Positions 40,224-49,216 of a stretch of DNA of 64,000 nt are shown one piece after another. Position 1 is the first letter of the stretch, and each line of letters begins with the position of its first letter. Origin of the DNA: a phage. The notes beneath the pieces are model-generated. The model was not told the DNA's origin. It ran no database searches and saw only the letters and a program-made list of their open reading frames with translations. Made by a program: the position numbers and the translations under genes. The stretch is taken from sequence record PZ445430.1; one strand, given 5' to 3'.

Positions 40224-40634
40224 TTACTTAGTGATAGCTCGGATAGCTTCTGCCAGATGAGCAGCTGCTTTACCGGTCAGCTTGTCGATGATTGCGTCGT
40301 CCAGGAAGTCCGGTGCTAAGCCAGCATCAGAGAATGCAGAGCGAAGATCGGAGTGAGCCTGAGCTTTGGAAGTACGAGAACCACCAGAAGCTTTTTCTCC
40401 AGTAGATGCGCTTGATTTAGAAGTAGAGCCAGCAGCTTTCTTGATATACAGACCTGCTTTGGTCAGCTTCATACGGAAGCCGTTCGGAGTTACACCATTT
40501 TCCTGAGCAATTTCGCTAACAATTTCCATGCTAACGCCCGGACGCTCATCTTCTGGGAATTGCTCCATACGAGCAACGTAGTCGGAAGACATTTTTTCGA
40601 ACAGTTCATCAGTCCACTGAGTTGGAGTAGTCAT
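40224..40634 (-). CDS. hypothetical protein
   Basis: 136-aa ORF; T5-type promoter and RBS upstream. Confidence 0.55.
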   Translation of the reverse strand: MTTPTQWTDELFEKMSSDYVARMEQFPEDERPGVSMEIVSEIAQENGVTPNGFRMKLTKAGLYIKKAAGSTSKSSASTGEKASGGSRTSKAQAHSDLRSAFSDAGLAPDFLDDAIIDKLTGKAAAHLAEAIRAITK

Positions 40635-40687
40635 ATTTTTCGATTTCCTTAATTAAGGATTAAACAGAATAGTTCTTTCAAACTATG

Positions 40688-40726
40688 AGAATATTATATC
40701 AAGAATTACAGGATTAAGCAACTGAA
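40688..40726 (-). promoter_or_regulatory. T5-type early promoter
   Basis: on - strand TTGCTT, 17-nt spacer, TATAAT. Confidence 0.6.
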
Positions 40727-40741
40727 ATTTTTCAGTAACTG

Positions 40742-40996
40742 CTACACATCTAGTTCAACGATCTCCCAATCGTTGGCCAGAGCTTCGTCTAGAGTTAGCT
40801 CAGTGGTTTTCCACGATGCATCGTCTAGCGTGAGTTTAGTACGCCCATCTTTAGACCACCACCAAGTAAATTCTATGATGTCATTATTATCAACATCTAC
40901 TTTGATAATAGTGGTAGAATAGGCATTATTTTCCCAGCTATCTCGCTGGAGATATTTTACGTCTCCAGCTTTTAACAGATCAGTTAGTTTACTCAC
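40742..40996 (-). CDS. hypothetical protein
   Basis: 84-aa ORF, start overlaps upstream gene. Confidence 0.5.
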   Translation of the reverse strand: MSKLTDLLKAGDVKYLQRDSWENNAYSTTIIKVDVDNNDIIEFTWWWSKDGRTKLTLDDASWKTTELTLDEALANDWEIVELDV

Positions 40997-41693
40997 GGCG
41001 TTTTCCTTTCTCTTTATCGAGTTTCAAGGCAGCTTTAACAGCTTCATTAACCAATGTGATAACTTCTTCACGGCTCCACTTAAAGCCTAGAGCCTTAACA
41101 TCAACTCCCAGCTTTTCCAGATGTTTAACAGAAGCTAATTCGTAGTGCATATAATGAACGTTCTGTTGCTTACCTTCTGATAACAGCCAAACACGATAGC
41201 AACCAACTGGATTAGTCATTGCTTTCTTGATTTCACCAATACACTGATAGCCAGGAACCCAAACAAGTTCACCAACTTCAAATTCTTCTGCCATTGCATC
41301 ATCAGGAATCAGTGGTGGATTCAATGGATCGACAATATCATTTAAACGAAGCAGAGCACCGTAACGTTCCAGAACAGATTTAATCATCGCTACAGAACGA
41401 TAGTTACGATCTGCGATTTCTTCAAAAGAATCACCAGATAAATACTGTTCAATTACGTTTGCAAGCTCAACACCCTCAATCAGTGTTCCGCGCTTCTTCT
41501 TTTTCATTTCCGCAACCTGAACCTGACGATCTCTCCATTCTTCGATCATTCGTTCCATAGTTGGGTTAGAAGAAACACCGAGCATTTCACATGCTGCTTT
41601 CTTAGTACCACCATTCTCCAGATGTTCGATAACCTTTTTAAAGGTTTCATCAGGGATTTCATGGATAAGTTTCTTTCTACGAGAACCAGCCAT
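40989..41693 (-). CDS. putative HTH DNA-binding protein, first gene behind PN25-like promoter
   Basis: 234 aa starting MAGSRRKK; HTH-like segment TKKAACEMLGVSSNPTMERM. Confidence 0.55.
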   Translation of the reverse strand: MAGSRRKKLIHEIPDETFKKVIEHLENGGTKKAACEMLGVSSNPTMERMIEEWRDRQVQVAEMKKKKRGTLIEGVELANVIEQYLSGDSFEEIADRNYRSVAMIKSVLERYGALLRLNDIVDPLNPPLIPDDAMAEEFEVGELVWVPGYQCIGEIKKAMTNPVGCYRVWLLSEGKQQNVHYMHYELASVKHLEKLGVDVKALGFKWSREEVITLVNEAVKAALKLDKEKGKRRE

Positions 41694-41719
41694 ATTTAAA
41701 CTCCTCTCTCAAATTTATG

Positions 41720-41760
41720 AATCTATTATACAGAAAATTTTTGCAAGATGCAAATAAATT
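41720..41760 (-). promoter_or_regulatory. strong T5 early promoter closely resembling PN25
   Basis: - strand reads TTTATTTGCATCTTGCAAAAATTTTCTGTATAATAGATTCATAAATTTGAGAGAGGAG, near-identical to PN25 as I recall it. Confidence 0.7.
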
Positions 41761-42332
41761 TATAAAGAAGCTGCTTTCAGCTTGTTATACCTATAAAGAA
41801 TGGCCGGGGCGCTTTTAAATCCAAGCACTCTAGCAGTTTTTCTCCAAGAATTGGTTTTCTGATACGTAGATTCTATTAACTCTAAGGTTAGAGTATCGCC
41901 GGAGGGAATAACCACATTATATTTAAACATAGCCCTGCACCTATAAGATGCAGCCGCTTTAGTTATGCCCATACTTTCTAATTTCTTAATTTCTGCTAGG
42001 AAATCTGGATGTTCTCTCCAATTTTTATTATGAAATTTTATTGCATTAGCTTTGTAGGTTAATACCTGCAAGTTAACTAATCTAGGATCTAACTTATCAT
42101 CATTTATATGGTCTACTACCAATTCTGATTCTAATCCAGGAAGTAGCCCAAAACAATAAGCTACTAACCTATGCACCCTCACATTTATAGGAGAGCCATC
42201 CTTCATTAAATTAACTTGTAAGTACCCCGCAGTATTTTGACCCGGAGCAAGAAATTTGTTGGAGAGAAAAGAATACACCTCTCCATTTTCATTCACTGCA
42301 TAGTCAGGAAATTCGGGAATTCTTATAAACAT
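41760..42332 (-). CDS. HNH homing endonuclease
   Basis: 190 aa; HRLVAYCF...VVDHINDDKLDPRLVNLQVLTYKANAIK HNH core. Confidence 0.75.
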   Translation of the reverse strand: MFIRIPEFPDYAVNENGEVYSFLSNKFLAPGQNTAGYLQVNLMKDGSPINVRVHRLVAYCFGLLPGLESELVVDHINDDKLDPRLVNLQVLTYKANAIKFHNKNWREHPDFLAEIKKLESMGITKAAASYRCRAMFKYNVVIPSGDTLTLELIESTYQKTNSWRKTARVLGFKSAPAILYRYNKLKAASL

Positions 42333-42565
42333 TATTGTTCCTTGAGCAAAGAAGCAAGTTCAGCATAGACTTTATCTAGCTCAAAGCCAATGCGAAGGGA
42401 CACACGAGTCTTCCGTTGTTTAAGTAACCATATGGAGACATTAGGGATGCCAGCGAGACGTGGTGGTACCACTCTACATAGTTTCTCCGCAGTATCGTAA
42501 ACAGAAGTTTTACGTTCTTTTACGGGAAACTTCCTTGTTTCCCACTTTTTATTCTTCACTGTCAT
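42332..42565 (-). CDS. hypothetical small protein
   Basis: ORF overlapping 3' end of D2-like gene; start moved to internal ATG (MTVKNKK) preceded by G-rich RBS. Confidence 0.4.
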   Translation of the reverse strand: MTVKNKKWETRKFPVKERKTSVYDTAEKLCRVVPPRLAGIPNVSIWLLKQRKTRVSLRIGFELDKVYAELASLLKEQ

Positions 42566-45338
42566 TTCTAGCCCCCAATTCAGCAAGAGCTTCCTCATGC
42601 ATCTGACGTTCTTCATCTGTCATAAACTTAACTGGAATCGGCATACATTCGATCTTACAGTAAGTTCTGTACCAGTCCACAATCTTTTCCGTATCCAGAT
42701 CTTTACCAATACCCATCATGCCAAGATACATACGAGCATATTTTGGGTTAGCACTCTGACCTGTCTTAAGGAAGAAATCCTTCTTCTTATTCTTAAGAGC
42801 TTCAATAAAAGGTTTGATTGTTACGTTTGAACACTTCTTAATATCCTCCCAGAACATATCGTGCATCTTATGGAAGAATGCAGCTCTATCGTTTGGTTTA
42901 TCCTTGATATATTGTTCAACGTGTTCCACTGTTACATCTTTAATAGAATCCAGATGATAATAGCGAACCAGAAGTAACTTGGCTTCATATGCATCTGCAT
43001 GACGTGGTGCGCAGTATTCAGGAGTTGAGTGCAAAATAGCTTTGATTCGCTCTTCTGTATACTCTTTGCCTGCACCTTCGATAGTTCCCCAGCTTTCACT
43101 GAAAATATCAATAGTTGCACCTTGATCGAGAAGATAATACCGCAAAGTACTGGTATAGTTTCTAGATTCCAGCTCACGACGACGTGCGTACAGTTGTTGG
43201 GCTAACTCAATCCAACCTTCGTCAATATTATATTGCTCGGAACCCGCAGAAAATCCACTCGTAGATTTATCAATAAAATAATAAATGTTCTGAGCACCAC
43301 GGTCGCGCCTGATTGCTTGAAAACGCATGTTTGGCGCTTGGTTTGAGGTTCTAGTAATTACGAATACATTATCAAAATAGTTAAAGTCAACACCACTCGT
43401 TACAGATGGACTACATAATAAACAATCAATCTGTTGATCAATTAGCTCATTAGTTGTATAATCCAGAATACGTCGGATATCTACATCAGACGTAGAGTTT
43501 GAGTGAATTTCTTTAACTAACGCACCAGTATTACGACGTAACGCCATTCCCTTTTCATTCAGTTCATCTGGTCCACAGTCAGATACTAGGATTGACTTCT
43601 CACCCATCTCTAGAGATGTTTGAAGTGCAACCCAAATACTGGATTCATCAGGGAATTCATAAGCATGAGCTTTCGCCAGCATTTTACGGTGGTGATTATA
43701 AAATGCGACTGGTTTATCAAAATCAATCAAAGAACCATAGGCTTCAATCGTTTCTGCACTGATATCCCCATCAGATAAGATCACCGTTTTTGCAGTAATA
43801 AGAATATCACGAAGAACCTGAATACATTCACGACGGTTTTTAACAACCGGAGCGAATAACAGATCATTCATTACTGCGTCACATTCATCAATAAAGATCG
43901 TATCAATCTGACCCACAAAGCTCTTGAACTTATGTATAGAGTGAATAGTTGAAGACATACGATCAATAGCACCACGTTTGAAGTTCAGCATATCAACTGA
44001 CTTATCATACTGGCCAGCACCGAATTTCTTCGCATTAGAAGATACAAGTGCCCTAGTATTTGTGATTGCAATAAAGTTTCCTGGAAGAACACCTGCATCT
44101 AGCCACTTAGTTACTGCGGTAGTTTTACCCGTACCAAGACTTGCCTTAACAAATGTTAAATGTCCTTTTGGTGGTACAATGTTAATTTTCAGGTATGGAA
44201 CTTCTGGTGGAGAATCTGTGTCTAGACGTTTTAATGGTACACCTTTTAAGTTTGGTGGAATCTCACGTTTGGAGTTATTTACAAAGGCTTTGAGAGCCTG
44301 CTTACGACCGTTATTAAAGTAATCTTGAATATTACGACTATTATCTTTAGTCGCAATATACTCAGATAAAGCTGGTTTAATCTCACGTTCTAACCACGTA
44401 AAGTCAACACCATCTTCTAACGCTCTGTGATAAAGTTTTGGGATAATACGCAGGTACACTCCATCCTCAGCTTCTTCTAGTTCGCTGATGGTTTCTTCCA
44501 CTTTATCAGATGCAGCCTTCTTGCCTTTAATTTGGTCAAGTAAGGAGTAGAATTCTTCTTTAAACTCACCTCTAGTTGTTTCAAAGTCAACTAGGTTATT
44601 GGGTAGATTCACTTTCGAACCCTTAACATACACAAGACGTGGTTTATTCTCCGCTTTAAACGGATCGACTATACCATCATCAAATAAGGGGTCTGCAAAA
44701 TAGTGAAGCTGAACAGAAGAATAATAAGCTAAGTCAGCAATATCAAAACCATACTTTTGCTTACTACTGTCATTGATAGATGTAAATAAGAACTTTAACT
44801 GACCTTGCGTTACCTTGACATTAGATTCTAGCATTAAGTGCATTCGGATACCTGGTTTTAGGCCAGCCGAAGACGATGCATGAGCAATAAACCCTGCATC
44901 AAGAGGAAACATATCCTCACTAATACTATTCAACATCTTAATAATATGACGTGCCATGCCAACAAGATTAAACTTGTCATAGCCACCAGTATCTACAATA
45001 CCATCCACGTCCATAGCGATAATATGACTAGGATTGGATACGTTAAAGTTTCCTCTGGTACGACGCACATTATCTTTTGGAGCTAAACATTTACCACGAA
45101 TAGCTACAATATGCGGGTCTTTGGTAAGACGACGCATGATAGGTAACATTTCAGCAAGGTTTTGCGGGTCAAGTTCTTCAAGTACATCAAATTTGAAGGG
45201 CATGGAAGCTGGTTTACCTTCTGGATGCTCTTTAGAGAATCGCTTTGCAAAGGTGTAGTCTTCCACTTTGATCTCTTTCCAGATGCCAGTGGCTTTATCT
45301 CTGGAAAATCCTGCGTGACCTTGTAGGATTGAGAACAC
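42549..45338 (-). CDS. D2-like large P-loop NTPase / helicase, possibly with N-terminal primase-like domain
   Basis: Walker A ASLGTGKTT; possible primase-like acidic motif MDVDGI; start moved from track ATG 45461 to in-frame GTG about 45338 preceded by AGGAG. Confidence 0.55.
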   Translation of the reverse strand: MFSILQGHAGFSRDKATGIWKEIKVEDYTFAKRFSKEHPEGKPASMPFKFDVLEELDPQNLAEMLPIMRRLTKDPHIVAIRGKCLAPKDNVRRTRGNFNVSNPSHIIAMDVDGIVDTGGYDKFNLVGMARHIIKMLNSISEDMFPLDAGFIAHASSSAGLKPGIRMHLMLESNVKVTQGQLKFLFTSINDSSKQKYGFDIADLAYYSSVQLHYFADPLFDDGIVDPFKAENKPRLVYVKGSKVNLPNNLVDFETTRGEFKEEFYSLLDQIKGKKAASDKVEETISELEEAEDGVYLRIIPKLYHRALEDGVDFTWLEREIKPALSEYIATKDNSRNIQDYFNNGRKQALKAFVNNSKREIPPNLKGVPLKRLDTDSPPEVPYLKINIVPPKGHLTFVKASLGTGKTTAVTKWLDAGVLPGNFIAITNTRALVSSNAKKFGAGQYDKSVDMLNFKRGAIDRMSSTIHSIHKFKSFVGQIDTIFIDECDAVMNDLLFAPVVKNRRECIQVLRDILITAKTVILSDGDISAETIEAYGSLIDFDKPVAFYNHHRKMLAKAHAYEFPDESSIWVALQTSLEMGEKSILVSDCGPDELNEKGMALRRNTGALVKEIHSNSTSDVDIRRILDYTTNELIDQQIDCLLCSPSVTSGVDFNYFDNVFVITRTSNQAPNMRFQAIRRDRGAQNIYYFIDKSTSGFSAGSEQYNIDEGWIELAQQLYARRRELESRNYTSTLRYYLLDQGATIDIFSESWGTIEGAGKEYTEERIKAILHSTPEYCAPRHADAYEAKLLLVRYYHLDSIKDVTVEHVEQYIKDKPNDRAAFFHKMHDMFWEDIKKCSNVTIKPFIEALKNKKKDFFLKTGQSANPKYARMYLGMMGIGKDLDTEKIVDWYRTYCKIECMPIPVKFMTDEERQMHEEALAELGARNDSEE

Positions 45339-45829
45339 AACAATACTCCTATGTTGGTTATTCGGATATCTTTCTTTAGGACTATTCAAAAGAATAGAAC
45401 AACTATTACTACCATTTACACAAACATTAATCATCATCAAGCAGTATGAATAAGTTATCATACCTCAGTGCTGCGCTCTCTTAACTCTTATCCAGATCAG
45501 AATCTAGGTCATTGGCCGCTAAGCCGATTCTGATTGCCCTCACTATCCTATTGGTAGGTGGCTACTGGACGTGTCACCATTCGCTGCTCTTTTCGTTCGC
45601 ACCCCCATATAAAGCTCTGCCTATATAACGAGCTAAATATGCACGGTTTGGATTTACCTTTCCGAATTCAGGGTACGCAGATCACTTAATTGATAATTAA
45701 CTAACGCAGTATAAACACTAGTAATAGTTAAAACAACCCTTAATGGGGCAGCCTAACTGTTCCGTATTGCGGATTGTAAACAAGAAAAATTAGCAAAATC
45801 AATTTTTACTAATGTCTCTCAATTCAATA

Positions 45830-45870
45830 TAAATATTATATCAAGATTTTGAGCATCCTGCAAGTAAAAT
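45830..45870 (-). promoter_or_regulatory. promoter upstream of long leader of D2-like gene
   Basis: on - strand TTGCAG, 17-nt spacer, TATAAT. Confidence 0.5.
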
Positions 45871-45902
45871 TTTTCCGAAGGTGCTATCAGTGTCCTTGAG
45901 CA

Positions 45903-45931
45903 CAGAGAAAACCGAGTCATTTTGACTCGGT
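45903..45931 (-). terminator. intrinsic terminator after paralog gene
   Basis: CCGAGTC-AAAAT-GACTCGG hairpin followed by TTTTCTCT on - strand. Confidence 0.7.
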
Positions 45932-45954
45932 AATCAGGATTGAGCTAATGAAAA

Positions 45955-46350
45955 TCAATCATCATTTAGGCCTGGGACATAGATTCCAATGCGATTTAAT
46001 TGACCTTTAGCTTCTTCGAGAATATCTTCGGTGTACTCCCAAATATCATCTTCTACTTGCAAAAGATAAGGGGATTCACCAGTTTCGGGGTCACGTGTAA
46101 TGGCTAAGCCACGTGGATGGAATATAGAGAAGTTGAGGGCAACAATCAAGCCCATGCTGGACAATTCATTCCAGTCAGCTTCCCAACCATCATCTTCATC
46201 TTCGTCCACAAAGACACCTACACTAGGGTCTGTTACAGAAGTAAACGGAAATGTTACACTAACCTTGTCAACCCCCAACCAACGTGCAAGGAGCCCTTCA
46301 GCACGCTCTACCAAATTAGGATCTATCTGACGCCAAAATACTTGTTCCAT
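45955..46350 (-). CDS. hypothetical protein, paralog A of tandem pair
   Basis: 131 aa; clear similarity to adjacent 142-aa ORF (GLIVALNFSIFHPRGLAI / GLVFALNHKLFMPANHRL; C-terminal GIYVPGL / GYMIPGL). Confidence 0.6.
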   Translation of the reverse strand: MEQVFWRQIDPNLVERAEGLLARWLGVDKVSVTFPFTSVTDPSVGVFVDEDEDDGWEADWNELSSMGLIVALNFSIFHPRGLAITRDPETGESPYLLQVEDDIWEYTEDILEEAKGQLNRIGIYVPGLNDD

Positions 46351-46359
46351 TCTGCCTCC

Positions 46360-46788
46360 TTAAGCAGTTAAACCTGGGATCATATACCCGAAACGACGAA
46401 GTTTCTGAATCCCCTCATTTACTTCTTCGGGCGAATATGACCAGCCCTCACGTTCATTTACCTGGAAAGCAGGAGCTTCACCAGTGCGATAGTTTACAAT
46501 AAGACGGTGATTTGCAGGCATAAACAGCTTATGGTTCAAGGCAAAAACCAGACCCATTTCATCTAGTTCTTTCCAGTCTACAATTTCTTCTACTCTCTCA
46601 CCTAAATCCACGCTAACTCCAATACATGGAGCTTCCTCTAGTGGGCCTTTAAAGGATAGGAAGATATCGTTATTATCACACCAAATCTTAAGCAGATTGA
46701 TGGTTTCATTATACATACCATTAGGGAGAGAACGCCAGAAGTTGAGGAGCATAGGGTTTACCTCTTTCATGAAAAGATTATCGAACAT
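46360..46788 (-). CDS. hypothetical protein, paralog B of tandem pair
   Basis: 142 aa; paralogous to 45955-46350. Confidence 0.6.
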   Translation of the reverse strand: MFDNLFMKEVNPMLLNFWRSLPNGMYNETINLLKIWCDNNDIFLSFKGPLEEAPCIGVSVDLGERVEEIVDWKELDEMGLVFALNHKLFMPANHRLIVNYRTGEAPAFQVNEREGWSYSPEEVNEGIQKLRRFGYMIPGLTA

Positions 46789-46790
46789 AT

Positions 46791-47330
46791 TTACACCTTA
46801 AGTTTCTGAAGAGCCTTACACATTTCAAGATCTGGACTAAACTCCAGCATATAGCTGATAGCATTTAAATCTTGAAGGTTTATTCCAGTCCTGCCATTTA
46901 CAATAACAGTAGGGAATTGGTACATCATAGCACCAGCATCATCTAGGACACACCAATGCTTGAGCTTATATTTTTCGACGAAACGTAAAACAGAATTACC
47001 CCGAGATAAACCACCTCCAGTAAAATCTGTTGTACCAAGGAAACGATCGATCAAACCGAGCCCGGTCATAATCTGAACGTTCTCCATCTCATTTCGTACA
47101 GAAAACCATGAAGATACCCCAACAATCATTATTGGGGATGGCTTAAGAAAGTTCTGAAAAGCCTGGAGTAATGGCTTGTAAACCCAATCACCACCAAAGA
47201 ATAGCTTCTCACTATCTGGAGCATGATGGTGAGAGATGCTCGAATTGAGCACCCCATCAATATCCAGGAAAATCACAGGAGTATTACTTATTTCCACCAG
47301 TAGCATCCCACGTCCAGACTTTAACTTCAT
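46791..47330 (-). CDS. HAD-like hydrolase/phosphatase (putative)
   Basis: 179 aa; N-terminal VIFLDIDGVLN matches HAD motif I. Confidence 0.45.
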   Translation of the reverse strand: MKLKSGRGMLLVEISNTPVIFLDIDGVLNSSISHHHAPDSEKLFFGGDWVYKPLLQAFQNFLKPSPIMIVGVSSWFSVRNEMENVQIMTGLGLIDRFLGTTDFTGGGLSRGNSVLRFVEKYKLKHWCVLDDAGAMMYQFPTVIVNGRTGINLQDLNAISYMLEFSPDLEMCKALQKLKV

Positions 47331-47469
47331 CAGTAAAAGGAACTGGAACCTTCAATTCACCTTTACCCCACATAACAGATAGGAACAGAGAATAAATGGT
47401 AATCATACCGATTAGGTTGACAAACCATACTAGACCTTTCCAGATACCCTTAAAAATCTTCTTCACCAT
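47284..47469 (-). CDS. small membrane protein
   Basis: 61-aa ORF (MVKKIFKGIWKGLVWFVNLIGMITIYSLFLSVMW...) with hydrophobic helix; AAGGAGGG RBS before internal ATG of track ORF. Confidence 0.5.
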   Translation of the reverse strand: MVKKIFKGIWKGLVWFVNLIGMITIYSLFLSVMWGKGELKVPVPFTDEVKVWTWDATGGNK

Positions 47470-47632
47470 ATTCTCCCTCCTTAATAAGGAACTCTTTCCA
47501 TTCTGCTGTATCCTCATAGATAACGCAGAAATCATCACTCTTCCATGAGAAGTCATCAGTAGCAAATTCGAAACGGTAGCACCAACTACCATCTGGCCAT
47601 ACTAAAAGATCACACATGCTTTTCTGGGACAT
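47450..47632 (-). CDS. small acidic protein
   Basis: 60-aa ORF (MSQKSMCDLLVWPDGSW...) preceded by GGAGGG; start overlaps 3' end of Sir2-like gene. Confidence 0.4.
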   Translation of the reverse strand: MSQKSMCDLLVWPDGSWCYRFEFATDDFSWKSDDFCVIYEDTAEWKEFLIKEGEYGEEDF

Positions 47633-48461
47633 AAATATTTCCCTCCATAAAAGCTTCAACTTGATCAATAAAGTGTTTATTACCAAAAACTTCGGCAGCT
47701 CCAGCACGCCATACAGTAACACCACGTTTCTCATACTCAAGCTGTTCGTCATAACGAACTTGTGGGTTAACAACCATCATCTTAGTTCCACGACATACAG
47801 CAGGAAATAATTCCCAGTTGAAGTTGATAACTTGGTTACTACAACCCACCACAATAACCATGTCATTGCTAGTAAGAGTATCAAACAGGTTGATTTGACC
47901 CATGTACCACGGAGCTGTCTCACCAAAGAACACCACGTTTGGTTTTACCCATTCGTAATCTTCAGGGGCAATCGCAGTATACCCAACATCTTCGATGATT
48001 TGATTGCGACCCTGATGATAGATCACCTCTTTCAAGTACCCGTGAGCGTGAATGATTTCATCACGAGGGATACCAGCACGTTCCAGAAGGTCATCAACGT
48101 TAGTAGTGAAGTTCTTCACGCTACCCGCATCATAACGCTGGAACCATTCTGCAATTCGCAGATGGGCAATGTTAGGCTCAACAGTCTGTAGTTCCTGACG
48201 ACGCATGTTGTAGAACTCATGAGTCTTGAGATACAGATCGTTACCATCTTCATCAATGCCAGGGAAACGAGCGCTGAAGTAGTTAGGATCATCTTCACCA
48301 CAGAAGCGACGGAAGCCAGCTTCAAAGTTAGGCAAGCTACATACTTCCTCTAGATCGTACTCATCCCACAAAGATTTTCCACTAGCAGTATCAGTACGGA
48401 AAGCACGAACACCACTATCTACACTCAAACCTGCACCACTAACAACAATTAGTCTACGCAT
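47610..48461 (-). CDS. Sir2-like NAD-dependent protein (sirtuin fold, no obvious Zn ribbon)
   Basis: 283 aa; GAGLSVDSGVRAFR, TTNVDDL, HAHG, VVGCSNQV match sirtuin motifs; no CxxC pairs seen. Confidence 0.7.
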   Translation of the reverse strand: MRRLIVVSGAGLSVDSGVRAFRTDTASGKSLWDEYDLEEVCSLPNFEAGFRRFCGEDDPNYFSARFPGIDEDGNDLYLKTHEFYNMRRQELQTVEPNIAHLRIAEWFQRYDAGSVKNFTTNVDDLLERAGIPRDEIIHAHGYLKEVIYHQGRNQIIEDVGYTAIAPEDYEWVKPNVVFFGETAPWYMGQINLFDTLTSNDMVIVVGCSNQVINFNWELFPAVCRGTKMMVVNPQVRYDEQLEYEKRGVTVWRAGAAEVFGNKHFIDQVEAFMEGNIYVPEKHV

Positions 48462-48655
48462 TATACGATTCCTTGCTTGAATCCTTCGATGATATTTTGG
48501 AGCAGAATTGCTTCTTCTGGGCGAACCTTCTCTTGCTTAATAAGCATATCCAAACCAGCAATACAGGTAGCTACTCCAGCATTATACCCAGCATTCCACT
48601 GCTCCATAAGCATATTTTCTAAATTACTTTTTAGATTCTGATTCAAGAAGTCCAT
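48461..48655 (-). CDS. hypothetical small protein
   Basis: short ORF (likely start MDFLNQ) downstream-coupled to Sir2-like gene. Confidence 0.35.
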   Translation of the reverse strand: MDFLNQNLKSNLENMLMEQWNAGYNAGVATCIAGLDMLIKQEKVRPEEAILLQNIIEGFKQGIV

Positions 48656-48827
48656 AAAGTTTTTCCTCCAATTCCATAATACGATTTTCGTAAGAAGCAC
48701 GCAGCTTCTCGATGGACAAAGCACGAACTGTAACTTCATCTGAATTGATCGCTAGCTGAGCTAGATCTTCTGTTTCCATACGTCCGTTGTAAATTAAGCG
48801 ATATTTAAGATGTTTTACGTTTTTCAT
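48624..48827 (-). CDS. hypothetical small protein
   Basis: 67-aa charged helical ORF. Confidence 0.35.
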   Translation of the reverse strand: MKNVKHLKYRLIYNGRMETEDLAQLAINSDEVTVRALSIEKLRASYENRIMELEEKLYGLLESESKK

Positions 48828-48836
48828 TCTTGTTCC

Positions 48837-49118
48837 TTAGTTCTGTACTGTAAATTCATTCTTATCACAGTGAGCATAATAATACCCATACATACGATAA
48901 ATTTTCACAGCCTTAGTAGACCCCTTCGATTCTTCATAATCAATCCAGAGCCACTTGTCTTTACCTACATAATGTACCCGAAACTTCTTAACTTTCTTAT
49001 CATTCCATGTTGCAACAACACGACGATAATCAAATCCACCCAACCAATCTAGAGCCTTACGTTCTTCACTAGGCTCTCCAAGATAGGAAACATCTACTTT
49101 CGGAAGCAATTCGCTCAT
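48837..49118 (-). CDS. hypothetical protein
   Basis: 93-aa ORF with T5-type promoter and GAGGAG RBS upstream. Confidence 0.5.
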   Translation of the reverse strand: MSELLPKVDVSYLGEPSEERKALDWLGGFDYRRVVATWNDKKVKKFRVHYVGKDKWLWIDYEESKGSTKAVKIYRMYGYYYAHCDKNEFTVQN

Positions 49119-49141
49119 AGCTTTCTCCTCTCAAATTTATA

Positions 49142-49180
49142 AATCAATTATACATAAGTTTTAGCTCGAAAGCAAATAAA
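49142..49180 (-). promoter_or_regulatory. T5-type early promoter
   Basis: on - strand TTGCTT, 17-nt spacer, TATAAT. Confidence 0.6.
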
Positions 49181-49211
49181 ATAAAAGCCAGGTCGACTAG
49201 CAACCTGGCTG
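49175..49211 (-). terminator. intrinsic terminator after nrdD
   Basis: AGCCAGGT...ACCTGGCT hairpin followed by TTTTATTTTA on - strand. Confidence 0.7.
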
Positions 49212-49216
49212 ATTCA

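Noticed and set aside
45461-45461. Track ATG start for the D2-like gene
   Set aside because: No Shine-Dalgarno upstream; an in-frame GTG near 45338 is preceded by AGGAG at good spacing, so the first 41 codons are probably leader. This is uncertain without experimental data.
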